Origin: Patescibacteria group bacterium UBA926
Lineage (GTDB): Bacteria > Patescibacteriota > Doudnabacteria > UBA920
Reading direction: 5' to 3'
DNA length: 64,000 bases
Assembly (NCBI GenBank): GCA_002293685.1
Contig: DBDS01000004.1
Span: 34,479-98,478 of the forward strand
The notes under the pieces: model-generated
What the model was told of the DNA's origin: nothing
Databases searched by the model: none
The model's input: the letters and a program-made list of their open reading frames with translations, nothing else
Position numbers and translations under genes: made by a program
In this document: positions 46,551-56,709 of the stretch, piece after piece
How positions within the stretch are numbered: position 1 is the stretch's first letter
How the letters are laid out: each line of letters starts with the position of its first letter

Positions 46551-47708
46551 TTATTGAGGATATTGGCTTTCGGCTGGTTCAACTATGAAACCAGTAGTAG
46601 CTTGGCTTGGTTTTTGAACTGATGTATCTTCAGGTTCTGGGGTTACTGGTTCGGTTGGGGTGGTTGGTTGAGCTGGTGTTGTAGTTGTGGAAGTGGTAGC
46701 TCCTTGAACGCTCGCAGTTGTAGGTGCGATTGGGGTAGGCAATACCGCCAATGGGTCAAGTACAATTATCTTTTTCGCAATAAGGGAATTGTTTTCACGA
46801 GTTCCGATTACAGCAATTTTTCCGTTTAGACTATCCAGCTCGGTGATAGGCTCACCGTCCTGACTCATCATAATGGTCTCAGGATTGATTATAAAGGCAT
46901 TTTTTTCTACAGTGACTGTGGTTCTACTGCGATTACTAATAATTCCTGTGACAGAAATTTTGTTTGGAAGATCGAGCAAACTTTGTTCATTTACCGCGGC
47001 AATAAGTCTGGCTAAGTTCTTGTCAGTTTCTTTGATTGTGTCGAGAGCTTTAGCAAGTTTTTCACCATCTGGTAATTTCGCAGCACTCTCTATAACAGTT
47101 TTCTTTTCTTTATTTAAAGCAACTAAGTTATTTAATAAACTGGAATCATTTTGTGAAGCTTTCGTTGCAGCTAACTGAGAAGTTACTTCAAAAGTTTTTT
47201 CAGTTTGCTTTGCGAGAGCATCCAAAGCGATTGCTTCCTGGTCCGGGTTACTTAGTGCGATAACTAACTTAGTTTCCGAGAGTCGCTTCTTTGCTAATTC
47301 TAAGTGAATTTCTGCCTTCTTTTCGTTATCTAAAGCAAGTTTTAAGCGAAGTTGTTCCTTAGAGATTTTCACTCCGTATAGACGATCGCCAGGAAGGCTG
47401 TCTTCGGAAGCTTGAATTGTTCCGTACCCACCAACTAATAACATCGCTAGTGCCAAAGGGATAGTTGCAAGTTTGTAAGTTTGAAAAGTATTAACCAGCT
47501 TTTGCCAAACTCCGACTTTCTGAGCATATGCGTGACGCATGGTAGGGGAAGGAGCTTTACTAACCGGGATTGAGTTTAAAGTTTGTGCCAACTTTAACAT
47601 CTCCACCAATTCTTCAGATTGGAAGTGCTGAGCGATTGATTCAATACTTTCGCCTTGATTTAGTCTGGCAAGAGCTTGATCTAAGATGTCGTCTGAACTT
47701 AATTTCAT
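46551..47708 (-). CDS. putative anti-sigma factor (membrane-anchored)
   Basis: Its start lies 4 nt after the ECF sigma stop. One TM helix is followed by an extracytoplasmic Thr/Pro-rich tail. Confidence 0.5.
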   Translation of the reverse strand: MKLSSDDILDQALARLNQGESIESIAQHFQSEELVEMLKLAQTLNSIPVSKAPSPTMRHAYAQKVGVWQKLVNTFQTYKLATIPLALAMLLVGGYGTIQASEDSLPGDRLYGVKISKEQLRLKLALDNEKKAEIHLELAKKRLSETKLVIALSNPDQEAIALDALAKQTEKTFEVTSQLAATKASQNDSSLLNNLVALNKEKKTVIESAAKLPDGEKLAKALDTIKETDKNLARLIAAVNEQSLLDLPNKISVTGIISNRSRTTVTVEKNAFIINPETIMMSQDGEPITELDSLNGKIAVIGTRENNSLIAKKIIVLDPLAVLPTPIAPTTASVQGATTSTTTTPAQPTTPTEPVTPEPEDTSVQKPSQATTGFIVEPAESQYPQ

Positions 47709-47712
47709 TGAT

Positions 47713-48297
47713 TTATAATTTTCTGATGTTGTTGTCGAACAGTTCTTTAAGTTTACTGATAGCACGGTGTTGGATAACTCTGATCGCGCCTTCGGTCTTG
47801 TTTAAGATTTGAGCAATAGTTGAGTTGTCGAGTTCTTCGAGGAACTTCATTTTGATTACCGTTTGCTGTTCATCATTTAACTCTTTGAGAAGTTTAATTA
47901 AGATACTTTGTTCAATTTGTAGATTTATGATTTCTACAACATTAGTTTCGTATTCAAGGGTATTCTCTATTGCATCCAACGGAACCAATTGCTTTTTTTT
48001 GCGGTAATAATCAATTACTAGGTTTCTGGCTATTTGGAATAACCAACCTTCGAAAGCTTCAATCTTTTCTAAGTTTTTTAAACTATTGAAAGCTTTTATG
48101 AAAGTGTCTTCCGTGATGTCTTCAGCGGTTTCTCTATGAGAAACACGATAGTAAACAAAGCGATAAACTCTCATAAAGTAAGCCTCGTAAATATCCGAAA
48201 GAGCTTCTTGCTTACCAGCCTGGGCTTGTGTGATGAGTCTTGTGAGACTGCCAGCTGGCAAATCCGTCATATTACTGATGTTGGTTTGAGAGTTCAT
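47713..48297 (-). CDS. ECF-type RNA polymerase sigma-70 family factor
   Basis: Region 2 (YRFVYYRVSHRETAEDITEDTFIKAF) and region 4 HTH (LNDEQQTVIKMKFLEELDNSTIAQIL). Confidence 0.85.
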   Translation of the reverse strand: MNSQTNISNMTDLPAGSLTRLITQAQAGKQEALSDIYEAYFMRVYRFVYYRVSHRETAEDITEDTFIKAFNSLKNLEKIEAFEGWLFQIARNLVIDYYRKKKQLVPLDAIENTLEYETNVVEIINLQIEQSILIKLLKELNDEQQTVIKMKFLEELDNSTIAQILNKTEGAIRVIQHRAISKLKELFDNNIRKL

Positions 48298-48505
48298 GAT
48301 TATAGACGTGGGTTTAGTTGTTTTGTTACAGAAGGTCCTGAAACACTGCTGATTATGTATATTTTATCACAAAGCAGTAGTATTTAGGCAAAATAAAAAC
48401 CCTTTTGGGATTGTTTTAGATTTCTGGATTTAAAGCGAAGGATTCTTTGAATCCCTCTACAAAACCGAAAGAGGTTTTTCATCCACAAAGTGAATAAAAA
48501 ACCTC

Positions 48506-48598
<93 letters not shown>

Positions 48599-48810
48599 TC
48601 GTCGCAACAACCTCCATCCGTTCAAATTTGGCTAAAGCCAAATTTTCACTAGTTCCGGTGTTGCTCCTCTCACATTCACGCTTAACCTCACTACGCTCGG
48701 CCCAAGTGTGAATGTGTCAAATTATTAATACAGTCGCGGATGCTGCAAGCGGCCCCGCAGATATGTATCAATAACTCACTCATTTTACTGCAAAAGTGGT
48801 CATTGGTCAA

Positions 48811-49497
48811 TTAGTCTTGAGCAATAGCGATACACCAAACAGATTTTACGCCTGCGCGCTTTAAAACAATAGTTGCTTCTAAAAAAGTTGAGCCTGTGGT
48901 TGTGATGTCATCAACCAAAATCACTTGCTTTGGGATTGGTCCCAAACTGACACTGAAAGCACTTCTCAAATTGGAAGCCCTTTGTTCTTTATTTAATTCT
49001 TTTTGTTGGCGAGTGGCTTTGGGTTTTACCAGAATATTATCTACAGCTAAACTGAAATGTTTGGATAACACTCTGGCGATTAACTCAGCTTGATTGAAAC
49101 CTCGCCATCTAGCTTTACTTTTAGTTTGGGGAATAGGGCATAGTATGTATTTCCAAATCTGCTCATCACGTATTTTTATTTTACGAGCTGCTATAAAAGC
49201 CAAATCAGAAAAAATTTCAGGAACCAAACCAGACTTCCCGGTGTTGATTAAGCTACTTACCACTTTGGAGTGGTAATCAAAAATTGAAATTAAGCGTTCA
49301 GGTGCATACCTCTTTTTGCATTTTGGATGAGTCCATCCACTTAAACTAGGTTTTTGGCACACAATACATCTTTGAAAAGTTTGAACTTTCAAACCACTTT
49401 CACACTCACTACAGATAAAATTCCCCCAAGTTCTGCAACTGAAGCATTGTTTTGGGAATATTAAATCCTTAATCATGATTTCAATTTCATCAAACAT
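48811..49497 (-). CDS. comFC: ComF-family protein (double zinc-ribbon plus phosphoribosyltransferase domain)
   Basis: N-terminal Cys clusters, and VILVDDITTTGSTFLEA PRT motif. Confidence 0.75.
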   Translation of the reverse strand: MFDEIEIMIKDLIFPKQCFSCRTWGNFICSECESGLKVQTFQRCIVCQKPSLSGWTHPKCKKRYAPERLISIFDYHSKVVSSLINTGKSGLVPEIFSDLAFIAARKIKIRDEQIWKYILCPIPQTKSKARWRGFNQAELIARVLSKHFSLAVDNILVKPKATRQQKELNKEQRASNLRSAFSVSLGPIPKQVILVDDITTTGSTFLEATIVLKRAGVKSVWCIAIAQD

Positions 49498-49565
49498 GAT
49501 TAATTATAATCTAACCTTGATAAAATCACGTTTAAGTTTTTTTCAAAGTTGAACTAAGTTTTGGA

Positions 49566-49673
49566 TGTCATTCCTGGGCGCGAGCGGAGTGGGCGAACCG
49601 GGAATCTATTAAAGTGACAAGCTGATTTAGTGGATCCCCGGTTCTCACCCTACGGGTGAGCCCAGGGATGACA
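49566..49673. repeat. GC-rich palindromic element E10 with 13-bp termini TGTCATTCCTGGG / CCCAGGGATGACA
   Basis: 108-bp unit in AT-rich intergenic DNA, with internal palindromes CCGGTTCTCACCCTACGGGTGAGCCCAGG. Confidence 0.9.
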
Positions 49674-49723
49674 AAAAGTAAAACCCTCCTACGTCAACCT
49701 AGCGGTGGACTTCGCAGGGCAAG

Positions 49724-49750
49724 TAAAACCCCGCCTTTAAGCGGGGTTTG
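49724..49750 (-). terminator. terminator hairpin AAACCCCGC-TTAAAG-GCGGGGTTT plus T-run, downstream of clpC
   Basis: Perfect 9-bp stem followed by TTTT on the minus strand. Confidence 0.7.
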
Positions 49751-49760
49751 AACTTATAGA

Positions 49761-52301
49761 TTATGCAGGAACAGGAGCAGGTTTTTTATTATCGGATTTG
49801 AATGTAACCTTGTCTGCTTCAAGACCTATAGTTATAGTCGTACCTTCTTTTAAGCCGTCACTGATAATCTGTTCAGCCAAAGGGTCGCTGATGTAATCCT
49901 GAATGTTCTTACGAATATAGCGAGCTCCTTGCAGAGGATCGTAACTCTTTTCGGTTATAAATTTAATAACCGCTGGAGTAATCTTTAAGGTGGTTTTTTG
50001 TGGTTCTAGTCGTGATTGAAGATCTGCGAATTGAAGTTGCGTGATCTTTTTTAGTTCCGCAGCTGCAAGCGGTCGGAAGATAATTACTTTGTCGATACGG
50101 TTTAAGAATTCCGGTCGCAAATCCTTTTTTAGTTTTTCTACCAAACCTTCTTTGATGCGGTCGTATTCTTTATCGAGCTTAACTTTTTCCGAATCGTTTT
50201 CGTCTCTATCGGTGAATCCCATTTTCACGCTTGCCGCATTAAGTTCTTGCATACCTAAGTTGGAAGTCATGATGATTACCGTGTTGGCAAAGTTTACTTT
50301 TTTACCTTGCGCGTCTGTTAGTTGACCATCTTCTAAAATCTGCAGAAGAATGTTGAATACTTCAGGATGAGCTTTTTCGATCTCATCGAACAGAACAACT
50401 GAATACGGTTTGCGGCGAACAGCTTCGGTAAGACGACCACCTTCTTCGTAGCCAACATATCCTGCAGGAGCACCGATTAATCTAGCAACATTATGACGTT
50501 CCATAAACTCCGACATATCTACGCGAATTAAAGCATCGATGTCTTCGAATACTTCTTGAGCAATCATTTTAGCTGTTTCTGTTTTACCAACTCCTGTTGG
50601 TCCAAGGAACATGAAAGAACCGATTGGACGCTTTGGATCTGCTAAGCCTGCGCGAGAACGGCGAATAGTCTTTGCGATTTCTGAAAGTGCTTCGTCTTGA
50701 CCGACGATTCTGGTCTTCAGAGTTTTTTCTAGATTGGTAAGTTTGCCAATTTCGCTTTGTGCTAATTTTTTGAGAGGGATTTTGGTCATTAAAGAAACAG
50801 TGTGTGCGATATCTTCAGCTGTTAGGGAATAAACAGGACCAGTATCTTCCTTCGCCATGGATTCTAATTCTTTTTTCTGAGCGAGCAACCTTTCTTCTTG
50901 GCTGCGCAAATGCAAAGCAGTGGTGAAATCCTGAGACATCACAGCTTTAGTTTTTTCTTCTTCTAATTGTTCGAGCTCTAATTCGACTTTGCGCTTTGTT
51001 TTCGCAAGTTTAGAGTTGCTGTGAATACTTCGAAGAAAAGCAGCAGTTTCATCTACTAAATCGACAGCTTTGTCGGGAAGGAAGTGGTCTTGAATATAAC
51101 GGTCGGATAGATCTACAGCAGCTTGAATGGCCTCATCAGTAATCTGAACGTTGTGATGTTTTTCGTAATTAGGGCGAATACCTTTAAGAATGGCAACGGA
51201 TTCTTCTTTGCTTGGTTCTTCAACTAAAATTGGTTGAAAACGTCGTTCGAGGGCCGCGTCGTGTTCGATGTGCTTTTTGTATTCTGCTAAAGTTGTCGCG
51301 CCGATTGTGCTTAACTCACCGCGCGCTAACGCTGGTTTGAAAATATTTGCAGCATCAAGACTTCCAGTGGTTGCTCCCGCACCCATCATGGTGTGAAGTT
51401 CATCGATGAACAAGATAATATTTGGATTAGCTTTCACTTCGTCGATGATTTGCTTTAAGCGGTTTTCAAATTCACCTCGGAACATCGAACCTGCTACTAC
51501 CAAAGCTAAATCTAAAGATAAAATCTTTTTATCTAATAGAGTGTCTGGTACTTCGCGGTTAGCGATAGCAAGAGCGAGACCTTCAACGATAGCAGTTTTA
51601 CCGACACCTGCTTCGCCAATTAACACAGGATTATTTTTGGTACGACGGCCTAGAATGCTGACTAGCCGTTCAATTTCTTTTTTACGGCCAATAACAGGAT
51701 CGATGCCGCCTTGCGCAGCTTTCTTAGTTAAGTCAGTTGTAAAGTATTCCAATGGATTTCCTTTTTGGGCGTTTGGGTTAGGGGATTGATGAGAGTGATT
51801 TTCTGGTCCCATGTTTCCTGGTTGATCTTGAGGCATGTCTGGGAATTTAGAAATGTTTTCGAATACGGTAACAAGATTATGTTCAAGTTCACCGATGTCG
51901 ACCCCAATCTTAGAAAGAATGACGCGAGCTTTATTGTGTTCGGTTGTAATTAGTCCGTATAGAAAATGTTCGGTGCCGATAAACTGATAACCGTACTGGC
52001 TGGCAATAATGGCAGATTTTTCGATAGCGGTTTTTAAGTTTGCGGATAGAATTGGTTTCCAAACAGCGACTTCGTTGTTTTGATTAACCATGGTTAATTC
52101 AGCTTTCACGAGTTCGGAGGAAATTTTTGCTTTATTTAATATTTCGCCTGCAAAGCTGGATTTCTCGGCAACAACGCCAAACAATAAATGCTCCGTCCCG
52201 ATGTGATCGTGGTGGAGTTCTTCAGAAACCATTTGTGCTGCGATGAGAGCGTTTTTTGCTCTACTCGACAGGCGTTCTAATATAAAGGCGAAGTTGTTCA
52301 T
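49761..52301 (-). CDS. clpC: Clp/Hsp100 ATPase, ClpC-like (two Clp-N repeats, two AAA+ modules, short M-domain)
   Basis: 846-aa protein with GEAGVGKTAIVEGLA, GPTGVGKTETAK and sensor motifs. Confidence 0.85.
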   Translation of the reverse strand: MNNFAFILERLSSRAKNALIAAQMVSEELHHDHIGTEHLLFGVVAEKSSFAGEILNKAKISSELVKAELTMVNQNNEVAVWKPILSANLKTAIEKSAIIASQYGYQFIGTEHFLYGLITTEHNKARVILSKIGVDIGELEHNLVTVFENISKFPDMPQDQPGNMGPENHSHQSPNPNAQKGNPLEYFTTDLTKKAAQGGIDPVIGRKKEIERLVSILGRRTKNNPVLIGEAGVGKTAIVEGLALAIANREVPDTLLDKKILSLDLALVVAGSMFRGEFENRLKQIIDEVKANPNIILFIDELHTMMGAGATTGSLDAANIFKPALARGELSTIGATTLAEYKKHIEHDAALERRFQPILVEEPSKEESVAILKGIRPNYEKHHNVQITDEAIQAAVDLSDRYIQDHFLPDKAVDLVDETAAFLRSIHSNSKLAKTKRKVELELEQLEEEKTKAVMSQDFTTALHLRSQEERLLAQKKELESMAKEDTGPVYSLTAEDIAHTVSLMTKIPLKKLAQSEIGKLTNLEKTLKTRIVGQDEALSEIAKTIRRSRAGLADPKRPIGSFMFLGPTGVGKTETAKMIAQEVFEDIDALIRVDMSEFMERHNVARLIGAPAGYVGYEEGGRLTEAVRRKPYSVVLFDEIEKAHPEVFNILLQILEDGQLTDAQGKKVNFANTVIIMTSNLGMQELNAASVKMGFTDRDENDSEKVKLDKEYDRIKEGLVEKLKKDLRPEFLNRIDKVIIFRPLAAAELKKITQLQFADLQSRLEPQKTTLKITPAVIKFITEKSYDPLQGARYIRKNIQDYISDPLAEQIISDGLKEGTTITIGLEADKVTFKSDNKKPAPVPA

Positions 52302-52495
52302 TTAGTGACTTTCTAGACCGCCATCTGGCAGTCTGGAGCAAGTCCAGACTTGAGATGGCTTAGACCAATTTCTTTGTCGCCAGCTCCACTCCTTGCTCAG
52401 CGTACCTTTAGTACGCTTCGCTCGGTGCTCGCTGGCTTCTCGAACTTGGTCAATCTAGGAAGCCACTCAATTGGATTGCTATTGCTGTGTATTAT

Positions 52496-52522
52496 TTAGC
52501 ACTCTCAAAGTTAGACTGCTAA
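52496..52522. promoter_or_regulatory. CIRCE-like inverted repeat TTAGCACTC-N9-GACTGCTAA (HrcA operator candidate)
   Basis: Matches the consensus TTAGCACTC-N9-GAGTGCTAA with one mismatch. It lies ~195 bp upstream of clpC and ~110 bp upstream of the divergent recX-like gene. Confidence 0.55.
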
Positions 52523-52631
52523 TTATTTTATATCGGATTTATGAGTGAATGTCAACTCTATATATAACTACCGATATCTATTATAATTGTAACACGCATC
52601 GAAATTTTGTTATCTATTATTTCTCAAAGTT

Positions 52632-53144
52632 ATGTTTAAGAAAGCTCGACCACTGAAAGATCCTTCCGATTACGACCACGGCTATCAATATGCCTTATTC
52701 TTGCTCAATTTAAGCATGCGGACTGTTGGCGAAGTAAGAGACAAAATGACTAGTCGCGGATACACTTCTACTGTAATAAACGAAGTTATAAACAATCTGT
52801 TACAAGAAAAATACTTGAACGACTCAAATTATGCCGAAGTTTTTATAAATAGTATGAAAAACTATAAAACTTGGGGTCGGTTCATGATGAAAAAGAAGAT
52901 GTATGAGAAAAAATTACCGAAAGAATTAATTGACGAAAGCTTAAATGAATTTTTAAGTACCAAAGAAGAGAAGGAAATTGCTATGAGGTATCTATCTTCC
53001 ATGTCATCCTCGGTCGAGCGAAGCGAGAACCGGGGATCCATTGAATGGATTAAATCCCTGCCTTACGACGAAAAACAAAAACTAATGAGAAAGTTATTAT
53101 CACGCGGGTTTGGGATGGACATAGTAACAAAACTAATAAAATAA
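52632..53144 (+). CDS. recX: RecX-family regulatory protein with short in-frame GC-rich insert
   Basis: 170-aa ORF with a three-helical-repeat pattern (YALFLLNLSMRTVGEVRDKM...). Confidence 0.6.
   Translation: MFKKARPLKDPSDYDHGYQYALFLLNLSMRTVGEVRDKMTSRGYTSTVINEVINNLLQEKYLNDSNYAEVFINSMKNYKTWGRFMMKKKMYEKKLPKELIDESLNEFLSTKEEKEIAMRYLSSMSSSVERSENRGSIEWIKSLPYDEKQKLMRKLLSRGFGMDIVTKLIK
53002..53039. repeat. truncated copy of the rsmA-type GC-rich element inside recX (TGTCATCCTCGGTCGAGCGAAGCGAGAACCGGGGATCC)
   Basis: ~85% identical to 26021-26055. It is translated in the same frame (ERSENRGS). Confidence 0.85.
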
Positions 53145-53188
53145 AAAACTGCAGGACGGGGAGCCCTGCAGGTGATCTCGGATAGAGA

Positions 53189-53737
53189 TCATTTTTTGGT
53201 GTTTGCGTTTGCCGCCGCTTTGGGTGCGGTCGGTGGTGACGCAACTGTTTCATTGGTTGGTGAGATCGGCGGCGAAGTTTCCGCTGGGGGCATAGCCTTA
53301 CCGTCAATCTGATTTTTCATTAAAATCGCCATCTTGTCAGCTGCCTTGGGCAGCAAGCCGATCCCTACTGTATCTGGGACGCCAGTTTCCGTGCTAGACA
53401 CAGACACACACCCTCCGGGGAGTAGACTGTCTGATTTGTCCAATGACCTGTAGTCCTCAGCCGTGACACAGAGCGTTACGGATCGTTTGTCCTCCGACCA
53501 TTTTGCTTTGGCTTCGTACCTGATCCAGCTTTCGGAGCTGTTGGTGAAGCCATTAGCTGCCATCGCTTGCTGCAGGGTGGCTTGAACCTGGTGGCTCAAG
53601 TTTTCTGCGTTTATATGACCACTACCAGAAAGGCTCCGGTAGTTTAGCGCTGCTTTACCAGTAGCGCTTGCGTCATTGCATGCCATCGAAGCAAAGCCTA
53701 AACCGATAACTACCATCAAAACTAGTAACTTTTTCAT
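53189..53737 (-). CDS. hypothetical lipoprotein
   Basis: Start taken at MKKLLVLMVVIGLGFASMAC (lipobox). Confidence 0.4.
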   Translation of the reverse strand: MKKLLVLMVVIGLGFASMACNDASATGKAALNYRSLSGSGHINAENLSHQVQATLQQAMAANGFTNSSESWIRYEAKAKWSEDKRSVTLCVTAEDYRSLDKSDSLLPGGCVSVSSTETGVPDTVGIGLLPKAADKMAILMKNQIDGKAMPPAETSPPISPTNETVASPPTAPKAAANANTKK

Positions 53738-53825
53738 AATATATTGTCCCTCACTATCAGATTTTCGAACTTGCCCAGTATACCAAAAACAGGCACTTTT
53801 GTCAATACCTGTTTTATGAATTATA

Positions 53826-54146
53826 TTAGTGTATTCTTTCACCAGTATTGATGACACCATCATCATCTGGCAAACCTTCTTTACTAGTTCTGATGTATCT
53901 ATTCAACTCTCTTGCTATGTTGTTCAAAGTTTGGATTTCTTCTAATTGCTTGCCTGTCGGTGCTGGGTGCTCATCTAATTTAGTCGAGAGCTCTTCTTGA
54001 ATTGTTCGGTAAAGAGACTCAACTTCTGTTGCTGATAATTCTTTTTCTGATATTTTTTGATAAATTTTCGAAACTATTTCATCGTTAAAATACCATTCTT
54101 GAGGAAGTGAAGATTCAAAATTGAAATTTGGTTTATATTTTTCCAT
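53826..54146 (-). CDS. hypothetical protein
   Basis: 106-aa acidic ORF. Confidence 0.35.
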   Translation of the reverse strand: MEKYKPNFNFESSLPQEWYFNDEIVSKIYQKISEKELSATEVESLYRTIQEELSTKLDEHPAPTGKQLEEIQTLNNIARELNRYIRTSKEGLPDDDGVINTGERIH

Positions 54147-54147
54147 T

Positions 54148-55053
54148 TTATTTATCCATCCCTCTAAGGCGCTTGATACGTTCTTCTATTGGTGGGTGAG
54201 TGTTGAATAATCCTGCAAACCAACTTTGTCCGTCGCCTTCGTGATCTTTGAGCGGATTGGAAATATATAAGTGAGCAGTTGCTTTATTGGCAGTTTCCAG
54301 TGGTTCATGATCGGCTGCAATTTTTTCTAAAGCAGAAGCTAAACCTTCAGGGTAACGAGTCATCAATGCGCCGGTTGCATCGGCAAGATACTCGCGTTGT
54401 CTGGAGACAGCTAACTGAATTAACATTCCAACTATTGGTGAAAGAATTGCTAAGCCAATTCCAATAAGCAGGAATACTCCGTTATTCCCACCGCCTTCAC
54501 TATTCTTTCTATTGCCACCAAAAAATGACATTCTTAACATCCAATCGGCGAGAAGTGTAATGATTCCAACTAAGACAACCACTAAAGCCATGAAGCGGAT
54601 ATCGTAGTTGCCGATATGTGAAAGTTCGTGAGCGAGAACACCTTCGAGTTCGGTTTTATCTAGTTTTTGAAGTAAACCTGTAGTTACAGCAATGACGGCA
54701 TTGTCGGGATTACGACCGGTTGCGAAAGCATTTAAGGCTGAGTCTTCTATTATATAGACACGTGGCATCGGGAGACCTGCAGCAATTGAAAGATTTTCAA
54801 CAATTCTATAGAGTTCAGGATTAGCATTCAAATCAATTTGGGTTGCTCCAGACATTGAAAGTGCAATTTGATCGGAGAAAAAATATGAAATAATAGCTGA
54901 TACAGAACTAAACACAACTGCTAGCAGTAAAATTTCTGGTGCTCCGTACGCTTGCGAGAATACAAAACCAAGCCCGATGATTACGAGAAGGAATACCATT
55001 ATGAGCAAAACCGAATAGGTTTTATTTTTACTAATTTGGGTGTATGTAAGCAT
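54148..55053 (-). CDS. htpX: M48-family zinc metalloprotease HtpX
   Basis: HELSH motif inside HAHELSHIGN, with TM helices flanking. Confidence 0.85.
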   Translation of the reverse strand: MLTYTQISKNKTYSVLLIMVFLLVIIGLGFVFSQAYGAPEILLLAVVFSSVSAIISYFFSDQIALSMSGATQIDLNANPELYRIVENLSIAAGLPMPRVYIIEDSALNAFATGRNPDNAVIAVTTGLLQKLDKTELEGVLAHELSHIGNYDIRFMALVVVLVGIITLLADWMLRMSFFGGNRKNSEGGGNNGVFLLIGIGLAILSPIVGMLIQLAVSRQREYLADATGALMTRYPEGLASALEKIAADHEPLETANKATAHLYISNPLKDHEGDGQSWFAGLFNTHPPIEERIKRLRGMDK

Positions 55054-55055
55054 GA

Positions 55056-55571
55056 TTAACTAACAGGTCCACATTTAGCTGGTTCAATAATTCTATCCAC
55101 TTTTTCCAACCGAACTGAACCGCCGCCAGTGTTGTAATAACCTTCTTTGAAGCTTGAGTAAACTATAGAAGCTTTTCCTGAAATTTGTTCGCACTTATCT
55201 CCATCTAATTTGCCAGCACTGTTAGTGTTGAGCATTAGTTTAGCCTCAGCTTGGTTTTCAAAACAGTAGGTTGGATTTCCTGCATCAGGGGTAAAGCATA
55301 ATGTGTCTGGTGCGATTCCAATAGCATACATACTAAATGTTCCAGAAATTCGAGTGTGTCCTGTAGGTAGTACTGCTTCTGTGTTATCGGGTTTTGCTTG
55401 CTCTGGTTCAGGTGTGGTGCTCTCATTTTCGTTGTCCGGAGTTTTGTCTTGCACTGTTTCGTTAGACGAGTTGATTTCGCTTTGGTTTTTATCTTTTAAA
55501 ACTAGTGACCACACCAGTAATATTGAAAGAGCGACAACTGCAATTATTGCAACAATGATTTTTGTATTCAT
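55056..55571 (-). CDS. hypothetical secreted protein
   Basis: 171-aa ORF with an N-terminal TM/signal segment. Confidence 0.4.
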   Translation of the reverse strand: MNTKIIVAIIAVVALSILLVWSLVLKDKNQSEINSSNETVQDKTPDNENESTTPEPEQAKPDNTEAVLPTGHTRISGTFSMYAIGIAPDTLCFTPDAGNPTYCFENQAEAKLMLNTNSAGKLDGDKCEQISGKASIVYSSFKEGYYNTGGGSVRLEKVDRIIEPAKCGPVS

Positions 55572-55575
55572 ATTA

Positions 55576-56124
55576 TTAGAACTTTACTTCAACTGGTTGC
55601 TGCTCTGGCCCATTATCATCAATATCGAAGAATGCCCGCTTAGTGAAACCGAGCATCTGAGCAAATAAGTTAGTCGGGAACACTTCAATTTTAGTGTTGA
55701 AGTCACGAACATTACCATTATAGAAACGACGTGCGGCCTGAATCTTGTTTTCTGTATCCGTTAAATCATTTTGCAATTGCAAAAAGTTTTGGTTGGACTT
55801 TAAGTCTGGGTAGTTTTCAGCAACAGCAAACAAACTTTTCAAAGTTCCTGAAAGCATGTTTTCATCTTGCTGATGTTCTTGCACAGTCTGTGCGCCCATG
55901 GCTCGAGTACGAGCCTCAGTGACGCGTTCCAAAACACCAGATTCTTGTGCCGCGAAACCTTTAACAGTGTTTACAAGGTTTGGGATTAAGTCATAGCGAC
56001 GTTTAAGTTGAACCTCAATGTCTGCCCATGCTTCTTCCACACGATTGCGAGAACGAATTAAAGAGTTGTATACACCAACACCTATAATAAGTACCGCTAC
56101 GATAATTATTACAAAAATTAACAT
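55576..56124 (-). CDS. lemA: LemA family protein
   Basis: N-terminal TM helix and the conserved LemA core (YNSLIRSRNRVEEAWADIEVQLKRRYDLIPNLV). Confidence 0.85.
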   Translation of the reverse strand: MLIFVIIIVAVLIIGVGVYNSLIRSRNRVEEAWADIEVQLKRRYDLIPNLVNTVKGFAAQESGVLERVTEARTRAMGAQTVQEHQQDENMLSGTLKSLFAVAENYPDLKSNQNFLQLQNDLTDTENKIQAARRFYNGNVRDFNTKIEVFPTNLFAQMLGFTKRAFFDIDDNGPEQQPVEVKF

Positions 56125-56296
56125 AATTTCCTTTCTATTATTTATTACCGAAATTGGTTTGATAGTAACATTAGTATAGCAAAACCACTAGCTCAATTCT
56201 AGTTAAAATAGCACCTACTTTAATATGCTTTCGTCTGATAAGGTGCCTGCACTGCGAAGTCCACCAGTGGCGGACGTAGGGGTGTGGATAGCTGGA

Positions 56297-56325
56297 TTGA
56301 CACAGAGCGAGAAATTCAATATAAT
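56297..56325 (+). promoter_or_regulatory. consensus sigma70-type promoter TTGACA-N17-TATAAT
   Basis: Exact -35 and -10 hexamers with a 17-bp spacer. Confidence 0.55.
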
Positions 56326-56445
56326 TGCTCATATGAATTTATATCTGCACACAACCTGCGCAAACATTACTAAGGCGATTCGTTTTGCCTTTTTGCCTTT
56401 TGCGTTTTCAGGCGTCAGATATAGAGCATAATTTTTCTAGGAATT

Positions 56446-56482
56446 AACTCGCTATCTGGTCCGCCGGGTAGCGAGTTTTAAT
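56446..56482 (+). terminator. leader hairpin AACTCGCTA-loop-TAGCGAGTT plus TTTAATTTT (attenuator-like), 25 nt upstream of a strong RBS
   Basis: Read directly from the sequence. It sits ~120 nt downstream of the consensus promoter. Confidence 0.45.
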
Positions 56483-56505
56483 TTTAATTAGCAACGGAGG
56501 AAAAA

Positions 56506-56709
56506 ATGAAAAAGGATGAAGTTGAAAATTCTGACCCAAAAGTAGGTTTGGTTCAAACGATCAATTCCCACGGGTTTTTGGATAAAGGTGACGACTGTGA
56601 TCGCGCCATGATACTACAAGGCATCAGAGAACGCACATCCCAGCGTTTAGTGAGGAGATTCGCGGGCAAAGGGTTAAGACGAAGAATTCACACTCAGGAG
56701 GGTCAGTAA
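56506..56709 (+). CDS. hypothetical small protein 1 of a GC-rich three-gene cluster
   Basis: RBS AACGGAGGAAAAAATG. Local GC is ~50% versus ~38% in the flanks. Confidence 0.4.
   Translation: MKKDEVENSDPKVGLVQTINSHGFLDKGDDCDRAMILQGIRERTSQRLVRRFAGKGLRRRIHTQEGQ

Noticed and set aside
52441-52460. GGTCAAT heptad upstream of clpC as a CtsR operator
   Set aside because: Only one heptad is present. The second repeat (GGAAGCC) does not match the A/GGTCAAA-NAN-A/GGTCAAA tandem consensus.
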